A stretch of DNA of 64,000 nt from Synechococcus sp. (lineage in GTDB: Bacteria > Cyanobacteriota > Cyanobacteriia > PCC-6307 > Cyanobiaceae), in NCBI GenBank assembly GCA_047285805.1, contig JBJBCN010000002.1:1280001-1344000 (forward strand), given 5' to 3'. The notes below the pieces were generated by a model that was not told where the DNA came from, did no database searches, and worked only from the letters and a program-made list of their open reading frames with translations. The translations under genes and the position numbers were made by a program. This document shows, in pieces, positions 1-10,852 of the stretch; position 1 is the first letter of the stretch, and each line of letters begins with the position of its first letter.

Positions 1-544
1 GTTAAAGCTTTGAGCCTCTCAGCCTCATTGCTCAGATGCGGCGGGTTGATCAAAGCAAACTCCTATCCAAGGTTTAACCTACATCAACAATGGCGAATAT
101 CAACTCTTCAACATAAAGCTTAATTCAGCCTGCCTAAACTTGCGCGGGCTCATCGACGAAATAAGACTTTGACTAGTGCGCCTTTAGATACGCTCTTCTC
201 TCGCCTTAAATTGATGATTAACTATTCCTGACCCTCACGGGTGGCTGCTTTGCCTATCTGTTGGAGTTGGTGATCGCTGAATTGTGAGAGTAGTGATTGT
301 GATTGGTTGTTCATTTGCTTGAGTCAGTTTTTGTCGATTGTTGGTTTGTCTGACTCGAGTTCAAGCTGAATTGATGCTGTTGGAGCTGGTGAAGCTAGTT
401 GGTCTTCGAGCCATCCAACGTGGCTTCCTCCGTTCTTGCTGATGAGTGCGAGGCGTTGGCTTCTACCTGTGGCTTTATTGTTCATTTTTGTGTGATTGAC
501 TTTTTCTTTATCAGGTTCAGACTGGCTTTAACCGCTCAAGTGAA

Positions 545-721
545 GTGCCTCCAATTGCTCTTCTGATCTCTACTTTTGTGTTTTGTGTGATTTACGGATC
601 TGCTTACGGAGCAGCTCTTAACAGTAAGAATGAGAAGGTGGTCTTCCTGAACAAGGACTCTATGCTCGTTGCTATTGGCTTCTCTGCGCTTCTATTCCTT
701 CTGAATAAGCCATTCGACTAA
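545..721 (+). CDS. small hypothetical protein with two hydrophobic segments (58 aa)
   Basis: GTG...TAA ORF read from the sequence, MPPIALLISTFVFCVIYG...MLVAIGFSALLFLLNKPFD; below the ORF-track cutoff. Confidence 0.35.
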   Translation: MPPIALLISTFVFCVIYGSAYGAALNSKNEKVVFLNKDSMLVAIGFSALLFLLNKPFD

Positions 722-1384
722 GCACTTATTACCGGTTAATGCCAGCTATCTCTGCCAAAAGGGCAGTGGGTATTTCACCTAGATTCGCTTGGGAAGTATT
801 CCCGTAGGCTCCGCCTACAACACACTCCTGAAACACGAACCTAGACCCATACATAATTGGAAGAGGTTTCACAGGAGTTTTTGCTGCCGCCACTATGTCA
901 TCGTGTCGAGATAAAGGGGTTGGAAACGGCTACTACTGACGAGTGCCTACAGCCCGTCTCTCCCAGGCGTCCAAGGAACGAACAACGACCTACTCCAACC
1001 AAGCTTTTGGTTGGCATTCAGAGTTGCACCTTTCTTTAACGACGTTCCCAATGGTCCGCTTTTATTGCCTTTTGCTGGCTTTGACTACTTTTGCAGTTGA
1101 AGGGGTTGTTTCCTCATCTATAGGGAAAGGATCAAGACCTAGTCTTTGTTCGCGTCTCTCGCCTATATAGATAAGGGATCACCAGATGCACCCAGAAGGA
1201 CCTGAAAGGCGGCTCTGGGTAGCCTGCAGGGCAGATTAAGTATATTCTGGCCCCCTTGCAGGCAATCGTGGCCGGCACAGAGATTTCATGACTGCTCTAT
1301 CGAGGCAAGTCAAAATTACTCTAAAGGGCAGATCTAGTTTATTTGCCGAATGACTTACTATCCTTAACTTACTTCACCCTTATA

Positions 1385-2842
1385 TTAAGTCCATCCGAGG
1401 GGTGATTGTGAACCAACCTTTTCCAGGTCTACCAGCTTTTCGTCAGATATTTTCCGCGCATAGCTCCTTGCTGTCGCTTCTGAACAGCGCTTCTTGACAG
1501 CACTCCGGCCATAGTGAGGAATCAAGATCTCAAGGCTGTGACCTGTGAGCTGCTTGACCAAGTAAATGTCCTTACCTTCCTCAATCTTATTAGTGATGCA
1601 GGAGGAGCGAAGGGAATAAGTTGTGTAGTCTTTATCTCCTCTTGTTGGAGTGAGTTTGACTCCGAGCTCTTGCCGCATTTGTTTCCAGGTCTCATGGAAC
1701 TGGGTATAGGTGTATGGCTTCTCCGTGTAAGGGTTGAAAAAGACATGGTCCTTCTGGATCAAAGCACGGAGTGAGTGCTTACGTCTGAACTCATCACAGA
1801 ACTGCCGCCAACAGATGAAGAAGTTTGCTGTGTTGCAGGGGACGTCTCGTGGCACTCCTGTTTTGGTGTGACGGATGTGGAGTGTTGCCTCAGGAAATTC
1901 AACAGTCTTACTGGACTCGCTTAAGTGATCCGCCATCTCAACCTTCACGTCGTCCCAGCGCAGACCAGCAAGCAGCACCTCTTTGATGGTGATCGACGCA
2001 TCAGTCTCGTACTTACGACGCTTCTCGATCTTTCCCAGCAACTCTGTCGGCCGAGTACCCGCGTTGTACGAGATCAGCACGAAGTGTCTGAACAGCTACC
2101 GCCAGTAGCCAACACGAGGGTTCCCAAACGCCTCGCCTGCCTTCGCCCAGCGCTCCAAGTACTGGTAGATCAAACGCCAATCAGGCTCCAGCGGGATTGG
2201 CGGGTTGGCATCGAGCTGGTCCTGACGAGTGACGAGCTTGGGGATCGTGGGAAGGATTTCCGTGTAACAACGAGGAATCAAGAAGTTCTGAAATCAGTCC
2301 TTCACATGGACCAGATCTTGCTTGACCGTCGATTCCTTAGGCGGCTTGCGCTCCGCCGTAGCGGAGATCAACTTCCAACCCTTAGTCAGTCTCCAGTTGG
2401 CGTAGTCAAGGAACGTGTCTCTATTGATCTCCCCGATGCTTGTGAGGCGCTTGTAGTTCAAGTGGTAGATCCGAACAGCACCAAGCAGATGGGAAGTAGT
2501 TCCCCTAACCGCGCTCTCACTGAGCTGACCAGTGGCCTGTCTCTCCTCTTTGACCTTGACCCAGGCCTTCAACAGATCGCTGATCGCATAAGTAGCCAAC
2601 GCATTCTGACCGCTCGCGTCCATCTCCTGCTGCAACGCCAGGAACAGGTGCTCTGCCTCCCGTAAAGCTACTTGCTGAGTCTTGGAGTTGAGCTGACGAC
2701 TGATGTAGCGCTTAGTGCCTTTGATCAGCTGCCTGTAAACCCAGACGCCAAGCTTCAGGTCGTACTGAACAATCTGCGCTCGACCAACCAGTATTTGATG
2801 CCTGAGCTGGTTTCCGTCAGCATCAAGACGCAAGCCACGCAT
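1385..2842 (-). pseudogene. tyrosine recombinase/phage integrase pseudogene
   Basis: Three ORF pieces in one frame separated by TGA (2294-2296) and TAG (2096-2098); motifs GTRPTEL, TKTG, YSLRSS, LTGHS, HY. Confidence 0.85.
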
Positions 2843-2981
2843 GACCCGGAGAAGCGGGGTTCAGGCCTAGGCCAGTTGGAATGAGTTGGGTGCCCCCCTA
2901 AGAACGCACTACTTGACTTACCACTTATGTCCTGGAATTACACGGATGCTCTGAACAAGGTTCGGCGTGCGGGGATTCTCG

Positions 2982-3956
2982 CTAACCGCCCGCCAGGCGA
3001 ACCTCGTGCACCCGCCGCTCTGCGTCCACCCGCAGCACGACATCAGCGGAGCGCCCGGCCACCAAGGCCGATTCCGGGATACAGACCTGAAGACTGCGCG
3101 TCATGGTGTCGAGCTCGTGCTCAGCCAGTCCAAACCCTGACTGTTGCTGCTGGCTCTGGTTCTGTTGACGCTTCCAGGCCATCACCGTGGAGAGGGTGGT
3201 CGGGCTCAGCTGCCAGAGACCGTCCAGGAGCCGCCAGACCTCCTGATAGGGGGCAAGGTTCCGTTCGATGACGGGCCGATAAGCCAATTCCGAAGGAGAA
3301 AGGGGAGTTAGGTCAGCGCTCAACTCCCCGTGACGGGACGCAGGCCAGGACCCGGCTCCGACAAACCAGCCCTCCAGGATCAACCGATCAGTGTTGAGCA
3401 GCCGAGTGCCCGCCCGATCGCCACGGCCCTGCCGCAGAGCCTTGTCAAACACGGGGACCTCGCAGGTCCCTTCATTTCGCCATTGCTGCAGAGCCCGGAG
3501 CAACAGCTCGACGTCGTGACTTCCCGGAATGCCCCGGGGCGCCTGCCACGGGTTGCCGGCCATCGCCGACTCCAGCTGCTCCCCTGGAAAATAGAAGTCG
3601 TCCAAAGAGAGAACCTCAACGACCATCCCCAAGCGGGCCGCGGCTGCCTTGATCCAGGCACAGAGGGTGGATTTGCCGCAGCCCGGCATCGCCGCCAAAC
3701 CCAGGAGAGAGCAAGGCGGGGACTGCTGGACTTGGTCCAGCAGGGGCAAGCCCACCGAGGCAATCCAGCGGGGATCCACCCCAACGGGCCAAGCCTCGCG
3801 GGCCAAGGACAGTCCATCGATGGCTGTCCAACGCGCCAGCCAATCAACCAGGGAGTCGTAGCCCAAGGCGGCGACCAGGGCCTCAAAACCACCGATCTCC
3901 CGGCAGCGATTCAGCTGCTCTGAGGCGGTCAGATCAAAGTCATGGTTGGCCGGCAT
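2982..3956 (-). CDS. P-loop kinase, uridine kinase/phosphoribulokinase/glycerate kinase-like
   Basis: Walker A MPGCGKST, SLDDFY, RGIPGSHD, PVFDKAL..GRGDR, LILEGWF; ATG at 3956 just after the ubiE stop. Confidence 0.8.
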   Translation of the reverse strand: MPANHDFDLTASEQLNRCREIGGFEALVAALGYDSLVDWLARWTAIDGLSLAREAWPVGVDPRWIASVGLPLLDQVQQSPPCSLLGLAAMPGCGKSTLCAWIKAAAARLGMVVEVLSLDDFYFPGEQLESAMAGNPWQAPRGIPGSHDVELLLRALQQWRNEGTCEVPVFDKALRQGRGDRAGTRLLNTDRLILEGWFVGAGSWPASRHGELSADLTPLSPSELAYRPVIERNLAPYQEVWRLLDGLWQLSPTTLSTVMAWKRQQNQSQQQQSGFGLAEHELDTMTRSLQVCIPESALVAGRSADVVLRVDAERRVHEVRLAGG

Positions 3957-3958
3957 TG

Positions 3959-4693
3959 TTAGGCGATCAACTTCAGCAGCCCCATCTGCCCGCCCGCCAG
4001 AAGCTGATGATGAGCCTGGCTGAAGCCAGCATCCCGAGCCAACTGCTCTTGCTGGGGGCCGGTCGGGAAACGCGCGAGGCTGTCCTCCAGGTAGGCGTAC
4101 TGGGCCTCGAGGCCCGCCCGCTTGGCAAGGGGCACTACCAACTGACGCAGGTAGAAGCGTTGGAACTGAGCCGTCATCCCCTGGGGGTTGAGGGCTCGGT
4201 TGAAATCGAGAACTGCCGCCCGCCCGCCGGTACAGAGCAACCGCCGCAGTTCCCGCAGCCCTGCCGCGGGTTCCGCCAGGTTGCGCAGGCCGTAGGCCAT
4301 CACTGCACCATCGGCCCAGCCATTCGCCAGCTTCGTGGCCTGGGCATCGGCCTGGCGAAACTCGAGCGGCAACCAGGGGCAACGGGCGGCCCGCCGCCGG
4401 GCCTGCACAAGCGGCGCTGCCGCCGCATCCAATCCCAGGACGAGGCCAGCCGGCCGCACCTTCTCCGCCAGCAACAACGCCAAATCGCCGGTGCCGCAGC
4501 AGAGGTCCAGCAGCCTCAGCCCGGGGGCCGGTTGCAGCCAGGCCACCGCCTGACGCTTCCAGAGGCGATGCAAGCCCAGGCTGAGCAGGTCGTTCAGCCG
4601 GTCGTATTCGGGAGCAATCCGGTCGAACAGCTCACGGACCGCTTCGGGATTCCCGGGTGGAATCGCAGTGGAGGACTCAGGGCTCGGCGGCAT
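3959..4693 (-). CDS. ubiE: demethylmenaquinone/phylloquinone methyltransferase (UbiE/MenG)
   Basis: FDRIAPEYDRLNDLLSLGLHRLWK, LDLCCGTGDL, YGLRN motifs; start uncertain (4693 or 4726). Confidence 0.9.
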   Translation of the reverse strand: MPPSPESSTAIPPGNPEAVRELFDRIAPEYDRLNDLLSLGLHRLWKRQAVAWLQPAPGLRLLDLCCGTGDLALLLAEKVRPAGLVLGLDAAAAPLVQARRRAARCPWLPLEFRQADAQATKLANGWADGAVMAYGLRNLAEPAAGLRELRRLLCTGGRAAVLDFNRALNPQGMTAQFQRFYLRQLVVPLAKRAGLEAQYAYLEDSLARFPTGPQQEQLARDAGFSQAHHQLLAGGQMGLLKLIA

Positions 4694-4994
4694 CCCAGGG
4701 CAACGAGATCGCGTCGAGACTGACACCTGCTGCCATCAACTCGGACTGATTGGTCTCCAGCGCAGAGAAGTAGCCCTGGGCTTCGAGTCGGTCAGCAGTG
4801 GTGAAGGTCATCACCATCACCGTGGCTAAACCGATGGCCGCCGAGCAAACCATGCAACCGGCAAGCATCAAGGAGAACTCCTTACGGTCACTGGCCGCCT
4901 GCATCAACTGCAGGGCCCAAGCAACCATCGCCAGCACCACGAGAACGATGGCTCCTGCCAGCACTGGGGAATGGCTCTGGTCGAGGGCCAGCAA
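4677..4994 (-). CDS. small hypothetical membrane protein
   Basis: Two hydrophobic helices; co-oriented between hisF and ubiE. Confidence 0.6.
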   Translation of the reverse strand: MLALDQSHSPVLAGAIVLVVLAMVAWALQLMQAASDRKEFSLMLAGCMVCSAAIGLATVMVMTFTTADRLEAQGYFSALETNQSELMAAGVSLDAISLPWDAAEP

Positions 4995-5032
4995 TGGTGT
5001 GGTACCAAAACTGCAACAACTGTAACGGCGCG

Positions 5033-5824
5033 TTAAGCAGCGTGTGGCCCCAGCTCCAGTGGACGAATGGTGAGTCCACGGCCCAGCAGGTCGGCCTTGA
5101 TCTCCTCCACCGTCAGCACTCCGTCATGCAGCAGGGAGGCCAGCAGGGCTGCCGAGGCGTGCCCGCCACTTGCTGAGGGATCCAGGGCCTGGGCGATGTG
5201 GTCGATGCAACCGGCACCACCGCTGGCAATCACTGGCACATCCACCGCATCCGCGACCGCCCGGGTCAGATTCAGCTCGTAGCCTGACTGGGTGCCATCA
5301 CCATCCATGGAAGTCAGCAGGATCTCCCCGGCGCCGAGCTCCACCACGCGCCGGGCCCACTCGACCGCATCCAGACCGGTGTTCTCACGCCCGCCTTTGA
5401 CGTAGACGTCCCAGCCGCCCTCGCGCCGGCGAGCATCGATGGCCACAACGATGCACTGACAACCAAACCGTTCTGCGCCGCGGGCCAACAGTTCGGGATC
5501 GCGGACCGCCGATGAGTTCAGGCTCACCTTGTCGGCACCGGCACGCAGTAATTCGGTGATGCCCTCCACCGAACTGATGCCACCGCCCACGGTGAAGGGG
5601 ATCGTGACCGCCTCAGCGGTGCGCCGCACTAGGTCCACTAAGGTATCTCGCCCCTGGTGACTGGCGGCGATGTCCAGGAACACCAACTCATCGGCCCCGG
5701 AGGCGCTGTAGCGGCAGGCCAGCTCGACGGGATCGCCGGCATCACGCAGGCCGACGAAGTTCACCCCCTTGACCACCCGGCCATCAGCCACATCTAGGCA
5801 GGGAATGATCCGTTTGGCGACCAT
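5033..5824 (-). CDS. hisF: imidazole glycerol phosphate synthase subunit HisF
   Basis: [50 protein letters not shown]. Confidence 0.98.
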   Translation of the reverse strand: MVAKRIIPCLDVADGRVVKGVNFVGLRDAGDPVELACRYSASGADELVFLDIAASHQGRDTLVDLVRRTAEAVTIPFTVGGGISSVEGITELLRAGADKVSLNSSAVRDPELLARGAERFGCQCIVVAIDARRREGGWDVYVKGGRENTGLDAVEWARRVVELGAGEILLTSMDGDGTQSGYELNLTRAVADAVDVPVIASGGAGCIDHIAQALDPSASGGHASAALLASLLHDGVLTVEEIKADLLGRGLTIRPLELGPHAA

Positions 5825-5878
5825 GGGGGCAAGGCTTGCAACGGGTTAGCCTGACGCAACTTTTTCGTCGCGCCGGAC

Positions 5879-6091
5879 ATGTCCCAGGCTGCCATCACCG
5901 TCGGCTCGAAGGTGCGGGTCACCCGGGTGCGCGATCGCATCCCCGCCGACCTGGTTTCCGCCCTGCAGAGCGATTCCACAGGCACCGTCAAGGACTTCAA
6001 GGTCACCGATGGCCAGGGCATCGGTGTGGTGGTTGAGCTGAGCAACGGCACCACCATCTGGTTCTTCGACGACGAGATCACCGCCGCCTGA
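5879..6091 (+). CDS. petP: cytochrome b6f-associated PetP (DUF2862)
   Basis: 70 aa with KVRV.RVRDRIP, DFKVTDG.GIG, WFFDDEI; lies between hisF and chlG. Confidence 0.85.
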   Translation: MSQAAITVGSKVRVTRVRDRIPADLVSALQSDSTGTVKDFKVTDGQGIGVVVELSNGTTIWFFDDEITAA

Positions 6092-6102
6092 AGCCCCCGT
6101 TC

Positions 6103-7086
6103 GTGAGCGAATCCCCCAACCCCACCGCCTCCACTGGTAGCGGTGCCCGGCAACTGCTGGGCATGAAAGGTGCCAGCGGCACCGCCAACATCTGGAAGAT
6201 CCGTCTTCAGCTCATGAAGCCGGTCACCTGGATTCCCTTGATCTGGGGGGTTCTCTGTGGAGCAGCGGCCTCCGGGAACTTCCACTGGAGCATCTCTGAG
6301 GTCGGCGCTTCGATCGCCTGCATGGTGATGAGTGGTCCGCTGCTTGCTGGGTTCACCCAGACCATCAACGACTATTACGACCGCGAAATCGACGCGATCA
6401 ACGAGCCCTATCGGCCGATTCCCTCCGGAGCCATTCCCCTCTGGCAAGTGAAAGCACAGATCTTGGTCCTGCTGCTGGCCGGTCTGGGTGTGGCCTACGG
6501 CCTCGACCTCTGGGCCGGCCACGACACCCCGGTGCTCTTCCTGCTCGCCTTGGGCGGCTCGTTTGTCAGCTACATCTATTCGGCGCCCCCGCTCAAGCTC
6601 AAGCAGAACGGCTGGCTGGGGAACTACGCGCTCGGGGCCAGCTACATCGCGCTGCCCTGGTGGGCGGGCCAAGCCCTCTTTGGCCACCTGTCCTGGACCA
6701 CCGCGGTCCTGACCCTGGCCTATTCCCTGGCTGGTCTTGGCATTGCGGTGGTCAATGACTTCAAGAGCGTTGAGGGCGACCGTGCACTGGGTCTCCAGTC
6801 CCTGCCGGTGGCCTTTGGCATCGAAAAGGCCAGCTGGATCAGCGCCGGGATGATTGATGTCTTCCAGCTAGCAATGGTGGCGGTTCTGATCGCCATCGGC
6901 CAACATTTCGCTGCGGTGCTGCTGGTGCTGTTGATCGTTCCCCAGATCACTTTCCAGGACATCTGGCTGCTGCGCGATCCGGTGGCCTTTGACGTCAAGT
7001 ACCAGGCCAGTGCCCAACCCTTCCTGGTGCTCGGAATGCTCGTCACCGCTCTGGCGATCGGGCACAGCGACCTGGTGGTGATGTGA
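6103..7086 (+). CDS. chlG: chlorophyll synthase
   Basis: RLQLMKPVTWIPLIWG, NDYYDREIDAINEPYRPIPSG, NDFKSVEGD. Confidence 0.98.
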   Translation: MSESPNPTASTGSGARQLLGMKGASGTANIWKIRLQLMKPVTWIPLIWGVLCGAAASGNFHWSISEVGASIACMVMSGPLLAGFTQTINDYYDREIDAINEPYRPIPSGAIPLWQVKAQILVLLLAGLGVAYGLDLWAGHDTPVLFLLALGGSFVSYIYSAPPLKLKQNGWLGNYALGASYIALPWWAGQALFGHLSWTTAVLTLAYSLAGLGIAVVNDFKSVEGDRALGLQSLPVAFGIEKASWISAGMIDVFQLAMVAVLIAIGQHFAAVLLVLLIVPQITFQDIWLLRDPVAFDVKYQASAQPFLVLGMLVTALAIGHSDLVVM

Positions 7087-9152
7087 AGCAACGGCGCCAG
7101 CGGCAGCTGATCTCAGCCGGTCTCGTTGGAGCGGGCGCCGGTCTGGCCGTGGGTCTGGCCCAGACGGTCGTGACACGTGGCGTCGACAGCCTGCTGCCGA
7201 GCGTGCGCGGCGTCAGCAGCTACAACCGGCCGGGCACCTTGACCCTGCTGGCGAGCGATGGCCAGGTGATCCAGAAGCTGGGCCCCGCAACGCGAGAAAA
7301 GCTGGTCACTGGCAAGATGCCCCTGCTGGTGCAACGGGCCTTCATCGCAGCCGAGGACCGGCGCTTCTACCAACACCACGGCATCGATCCCATCGGCATC
7401 AGCCGGGCGATGGTGCGCAACATCTCCAGCGGCTCGGTCGAAGAAGGTGCGAGCACGATCACCCAGCAGCTGGCCCGGACGGTCTTCCTAAGTCAGGACC
7501 GCACGATCATCCGCAAGCTCAAGGAGGCCTTGCTTGCTGGAAAGCTCGAGCGTCAGCTGAGCAAGGAGCAGATCCTTCAGCAGTACCTGAACTACGTCTA
7601 TTTGGGAGCAGGGGCCTACGGGGTCTCCGATGCGGCCTGGATCTACTTCTCCAAGACCCCCTCGGAGCTGAACCTGCCGGAGGCTGCCTTGATCGCAGGC
7701 TTGCCGCCGGCGCCCTCGATCTACTCCCCCCTGGTCAATCCCAATCTGGCTCTGCAGCGCCGGGCAATCGTGCTGCGCCGGATGCGCGAAACCGGATTCA
7801 TTGACGACCTGCAGTTCGCGAGCGCCAAGGGCTCCCCGTTGTTGCTGAAGCCCGCGGAGCCGAAGTACTTCACCAGCCGAGCCCCCTACTTCACCAGTTG
7901 GGTGGCGCAAGAACTGCCTTCGATCCTCTCCAAGGAGCAGCTGGAAGTGGGCGGCCTCACGATTCGCACCAGCTTGAACATTGACTGGCAGGAGAAGGCC
8001 CAGAGCACGATCAACCGCCACACCCCGGGGGCGATGGAAGGGGCCGTGGTGTCGATGGAGCCCGGCACCGGTCTGGTCCGCTCAATGGTAGGGGGCAAGG
8101 ACTTCAACGACAGCCAGTTCAACCGCGCCTCCCAGGCGTTGCGCTCCCCTGGCTCCACGTTCAAGTTGTTCGTCTACCTCAGTGCCCTGAAAGAAGGATG
8201 GAGACCTGAAGACAAGATCACCGACCGCAAGGTCTGCTACCGCGGCTATTGCCCGAAGAATTTTAAGGACAAGTACTTCGGAACCGTTCCGCTCTGGAAG
8301 GCCCTGCAGAACTCCCTCAACACGGTCTCGGTGAGCCTTCTGAAGCAGGTGGGCTTTGACAAGGTGATCAGCACCACGAACAGCCTGGGTATCACAAAGG
8401 GGCTGGGTCGCTTCTACCCGCTGGGGGTGGGCGCCACCGAGCAAACCGTGCTGGACATGACCGCGGCTTATGCGGGAATATTCAACCGCGGGGTGTACAT
8501 CAAGCCAACACCGTTTGAGGAAATCCTGGGCCCGGGCGGCGAACTGCTCTGGAGCCGGCGGGTCAATGGCGATCAGGGCAAGCGCGTTGTCCCCAGCGAC
8601 ATCGCCGACTCGATGCTTTGGATGCTACAAAAAGTCGTCAGCGGCGGTACGGGCTACGGGGCTGTTCCCCCAGGGCGCCCCGCCGCCGGTAAGACAGGCA
8701 CCTCCGAGGGAGGCCGAGACCTGTGGTTCATCGGCGGCATCCCCCAGCTCGTCACCGGCCTCTGGCTCGGCTACGACGACAACAAGGAGACCAAGAGCAC
8801 CAGCTCCCGCGCCGTCATCGCTTGGTCGGAGTACATGGCTCCGATCCTCAAGGAACTACCGGTGGAGCAGTTCCCGCCAAAGCCGGTGCTGAAGGCCAAG
8901 TTCAATCCCCTCAAGGCCCTCACCGAGAACCTCAAGTTGGTAAAGCCAGAGGACGGGGAGACCCCGCTCGAGGAGACCACTGAAGAGACCACTGCACCCA
9001 CAGCCCCCAGGCAGCCCAGCATGAGCACGCCGGTCCCGGTCCGTCCCGCGAAGCGCCTGGACCCCTGCGGAAGCATGCAGACCAACCCGCGCTACGTGGA
9101 CTGCCGCTTCGATTTGCTGGACCGGCGCAGCAGACCCACGCCGACTCCTTAA
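7083..9152 (+). CDS. class A penicillin-binding protein (transglycosylase/transpeptidase)
   Basis: EDRRFYQHHGID, GASTITQQLAR, GSTFK (SxxK), SLN, GKTGT. Confidence 0.95.
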   Translation: MKQRRQRQLISAGLVGAGAGLAVGLAQTVVTRGVDSLLPSVRGVSSYNRPGTLTLLASDGQVIQKLGPATREKLVTGKMPLLVQRAFIAAEDRRFYQHHGIDPIGISRAMVRNISSGSVEEGASTITQQLARTVFLSQDRTIIRKLKEALLAGKLERQLSKEQILQQYLNYVYLGAGAYGVSDAAWIYFSKTPSELNLPEAALIAGLPPAPSIYSPLVNPNLALQRRAIVLRRMRETGFIDDLQFASAKGSPLLLKPAEPKYFTSRAPYFTSWVAQELPSILSKEQLEVGGLTIRTSLNIDWQEKAQSTINRHTPGAMEGAVVSMEPGTGLVRSMVGGKDFNDSQFNRASQALRSPGSTFKLFVYLSALKEGWRPEDKITDRKVCYRGYCPKNFKDKYFGTVPLWKALQNSLNTVSVSLLKQVGFDKVISTTNSLGITKGLGRFYPLGVGATEQTVLDMTAAYAGIFNRGVYIKPTPFEEILGPGGELLWSRRVNGDQGKRVVPSDIADSMLWMLQKVVSGGTGYGAVPPGRPAAGKTGTSEGGRDLWFIGGIPQLVTGLWLGYDDNKETKSTSSRAVIAWSEYMAPILKELPVEQFPPKPVLKAKFNPLKALTENLKLVKPEDGETPLEETTEETTAPTAPRQPSMSTPVPVRPAKRLDPCGSMQTNPRYVDCRFDLLDRRSRPTPTP

Positions 9153-10474
9153 GCCAGCGAGAGCCGCGCCGCAAAGAAGCCATCACCGGCTCCCGTCAGT
9201 TGTCCCGGCCAGAGCTGCCAGCTCTTCTCAAGCCGCAGCTGGGGGTGATCCTTCAGGAACGTCTCCAACAGCTCGCCATTCTCCTCGGGATGCACCGTGC
9301 AGGTGGCATAGACCAGGCGACCACCGGGCTTGAGCAGGGGCAGCAGCCCCTCCAGCAGCTGGCGCTGCAGGGTCACCAGCCCTGCAATGGCAGCGGGGTC
9401 GATCCGCCAGCGGGCATCGGCATGGCGCGCCAGGGTGCCTAACCCAGAGCACGGCGCATCAATCAAGAGGGCATCGAATTGACCGACCAGTTCCGGCACC
9501 TCCGACGCCAAGGCGACGGCATCCCCGTGCCGGGTCTCAATGCAGCCCAAGCCCAGGCGTTCGCTGTTGCGGGCCACCCTGCGCAAGCGCGCCTCGCCGC
9601 GGTCAAGTGCCAGCACCTGCCCTTGATCACCCATCAGTTCCGCCAGATGCGTGCTTTTACCCCCCGGGGCTGCGCAAGCATCGAGGACCCGCTCACCTGG
9701 CTTGGGATCGAGCAACGGCGCAATCCGCTGAGCCGATCGGTCTTGAACGCACCAGTGGCCTTCGTCGTAGCCGGGCAGATGGCGCAGATCACCGGAGCGG
9801 CCTTTAATGGTCAAGCCCGCCGCTAGGCCCTCGATCGGCTCAGCGACCAACCCCGCCGCGGCGAGGGCCGCCTGAACCACTTCCGGGGTGGCGCGCAGAC
9901 GATTGACCCGCAGGTCCAGGGCCGGAATGGTATTGCAGGCCAGCGCGAAGGCTTCGGCCTGCTCGGGGCTCTGCCACTGAAGCAGGCCCGCCGCGAGCCA
10001 ATCCGGCAGGGACTGGCGGATGGCCAGGGCCGCCGCGGGGTCACTCGGCAGAGGCAGGGCTTCACCGGCCTCCTGGCGACGCAGGAACGCCCGCAACATG
10101 CCGTTGACCACTGGGGCCAGTCGGCTCAAACCACCGCGCTTGGCGAGCTCCACCGTGGTGCTGACCGCCGCCGAGGCAGGAATGCGGTCACTGCTGAGCA
10201 GTTGATAGAGCCCCAGGTGCAACAGCCAGCGCAACTTGGGGGGTTGACGCTCCGCTGGCACCTTGCCTAGTTGATCCAGCCAGGCATCCAGCAGTCTCCG
10301 CTGACGGATCGCGCCGTAGGCCAGTTCAGTGGCGAGGCCCCGGTCTGGGGCAGAGAGGTCCGTCCGGCCCAGCTCCCGCTCGAGGGCGCCGTCGGCGTAG
10401 GCCCCGGCCGCGACCGCCTGCAGCACCTGCCATGCGACCTGACGGGAGGCCAATCCAGGAGGGGTGCTGCTCAT
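9149..10474 (-). CDS. rsmB: 16S rRNA m5C967 methyltransferase
   Basis: NusB-like N-terminus, VLDACAAPGGKS, DAPCSGLG, LVYATCT. Confidence 0.95.
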   Translation of the reverse strand: MSSTPPGLASRQVAWQVLQAVAAGAYADGALERELGRTDLSAPDRGLATELAYGAIRQRRLLDAWLDQLGKVPAERQPPKLRWLLHLGLYQLLSSDRIPASAAVSTTVELAKRGGLSRLAPVVNGMLRAFLRRQEAGEALPLPSDPAAALAIRQSLPDWLAAGLLQWQSPEQAEAFALACNTIPALDLRVNRLRATPEVVQAALAAAGLVAEPIEGLAAGLTIKGRSGDLRHLPGYDEGHWCVQDRSAQRIAPLLDPKPGERVLDACAAPGGKSTHLAELMGDQGQVLALDRGEARLRRVARNSERLGLGCIETRHGDAVALASEVPELVGQFDALLIDAPCSGLGTLARHADARWRIDPAAIAGLVTLQRQLLEGLLPLLKPGGRLVYATCTVHPEENGELLETFLKDHPQLRLEKSWQLWPGQLTGAGDGFFAARLSLA

Positions 10475-10803
10475 CCCCCACAACTAGCGCCCGGCGACCA
10501 GCGGAACTCAGCCAAGGGGAGCCGGCCCTCGGCATCCACTGGGATGCCCTCGGCGATCAGCAAGTCCCGCTGCATCCAGTCGGAGCCCTCGCGGCTGAGG
10601 CTCAAGGCGATACAGCCCTTGGCATTGACCACCCGCTGCCAGGGGACCTCGGACGGCAGGGGCAGGCGGCGCAGGGCCCAGCCCACCTGGCGGGCGCAGC
10701 CATAGGCCCCGATCAGCTCCGCGATTTGGCCATAGGTGGCCAGCCGTCCTGGGGGAATCTGGGCCACGGCCTGCCAGACCCGCTCATCGAAGCTCCGCTC
10801 CAT
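10471..10803 (-). CDS. MGMT/alkyltransferase-like (Atl/YbaZ) protein
   Basis: IPPGRLATYGQIA, ARQVG, PWQRVVN (no catalytic PCHR cysteine). Confidence 0.9.
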   Translation of the reverse strand: MERSFDERVWQAVAQIPPGRLATYGQIAELIGAYGCARQVGWALRRLPLPSEVPWQRVVNAKGCIALSLSREGSDWMQRDLLIAEGIPVDAEGRLPLAEFRWSPGASCGG

Positions 10804-10852
10804 GGGCTACGAAGCCAATCAGACACCATGGATGTTGGCCCCTGCCTCGCCG

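Noticed and set aside
3957..4382. N-terminal extension of the kinase ORF
   Set aside because: Overlaps ubiE in another frame; a good ATG exists at 3956
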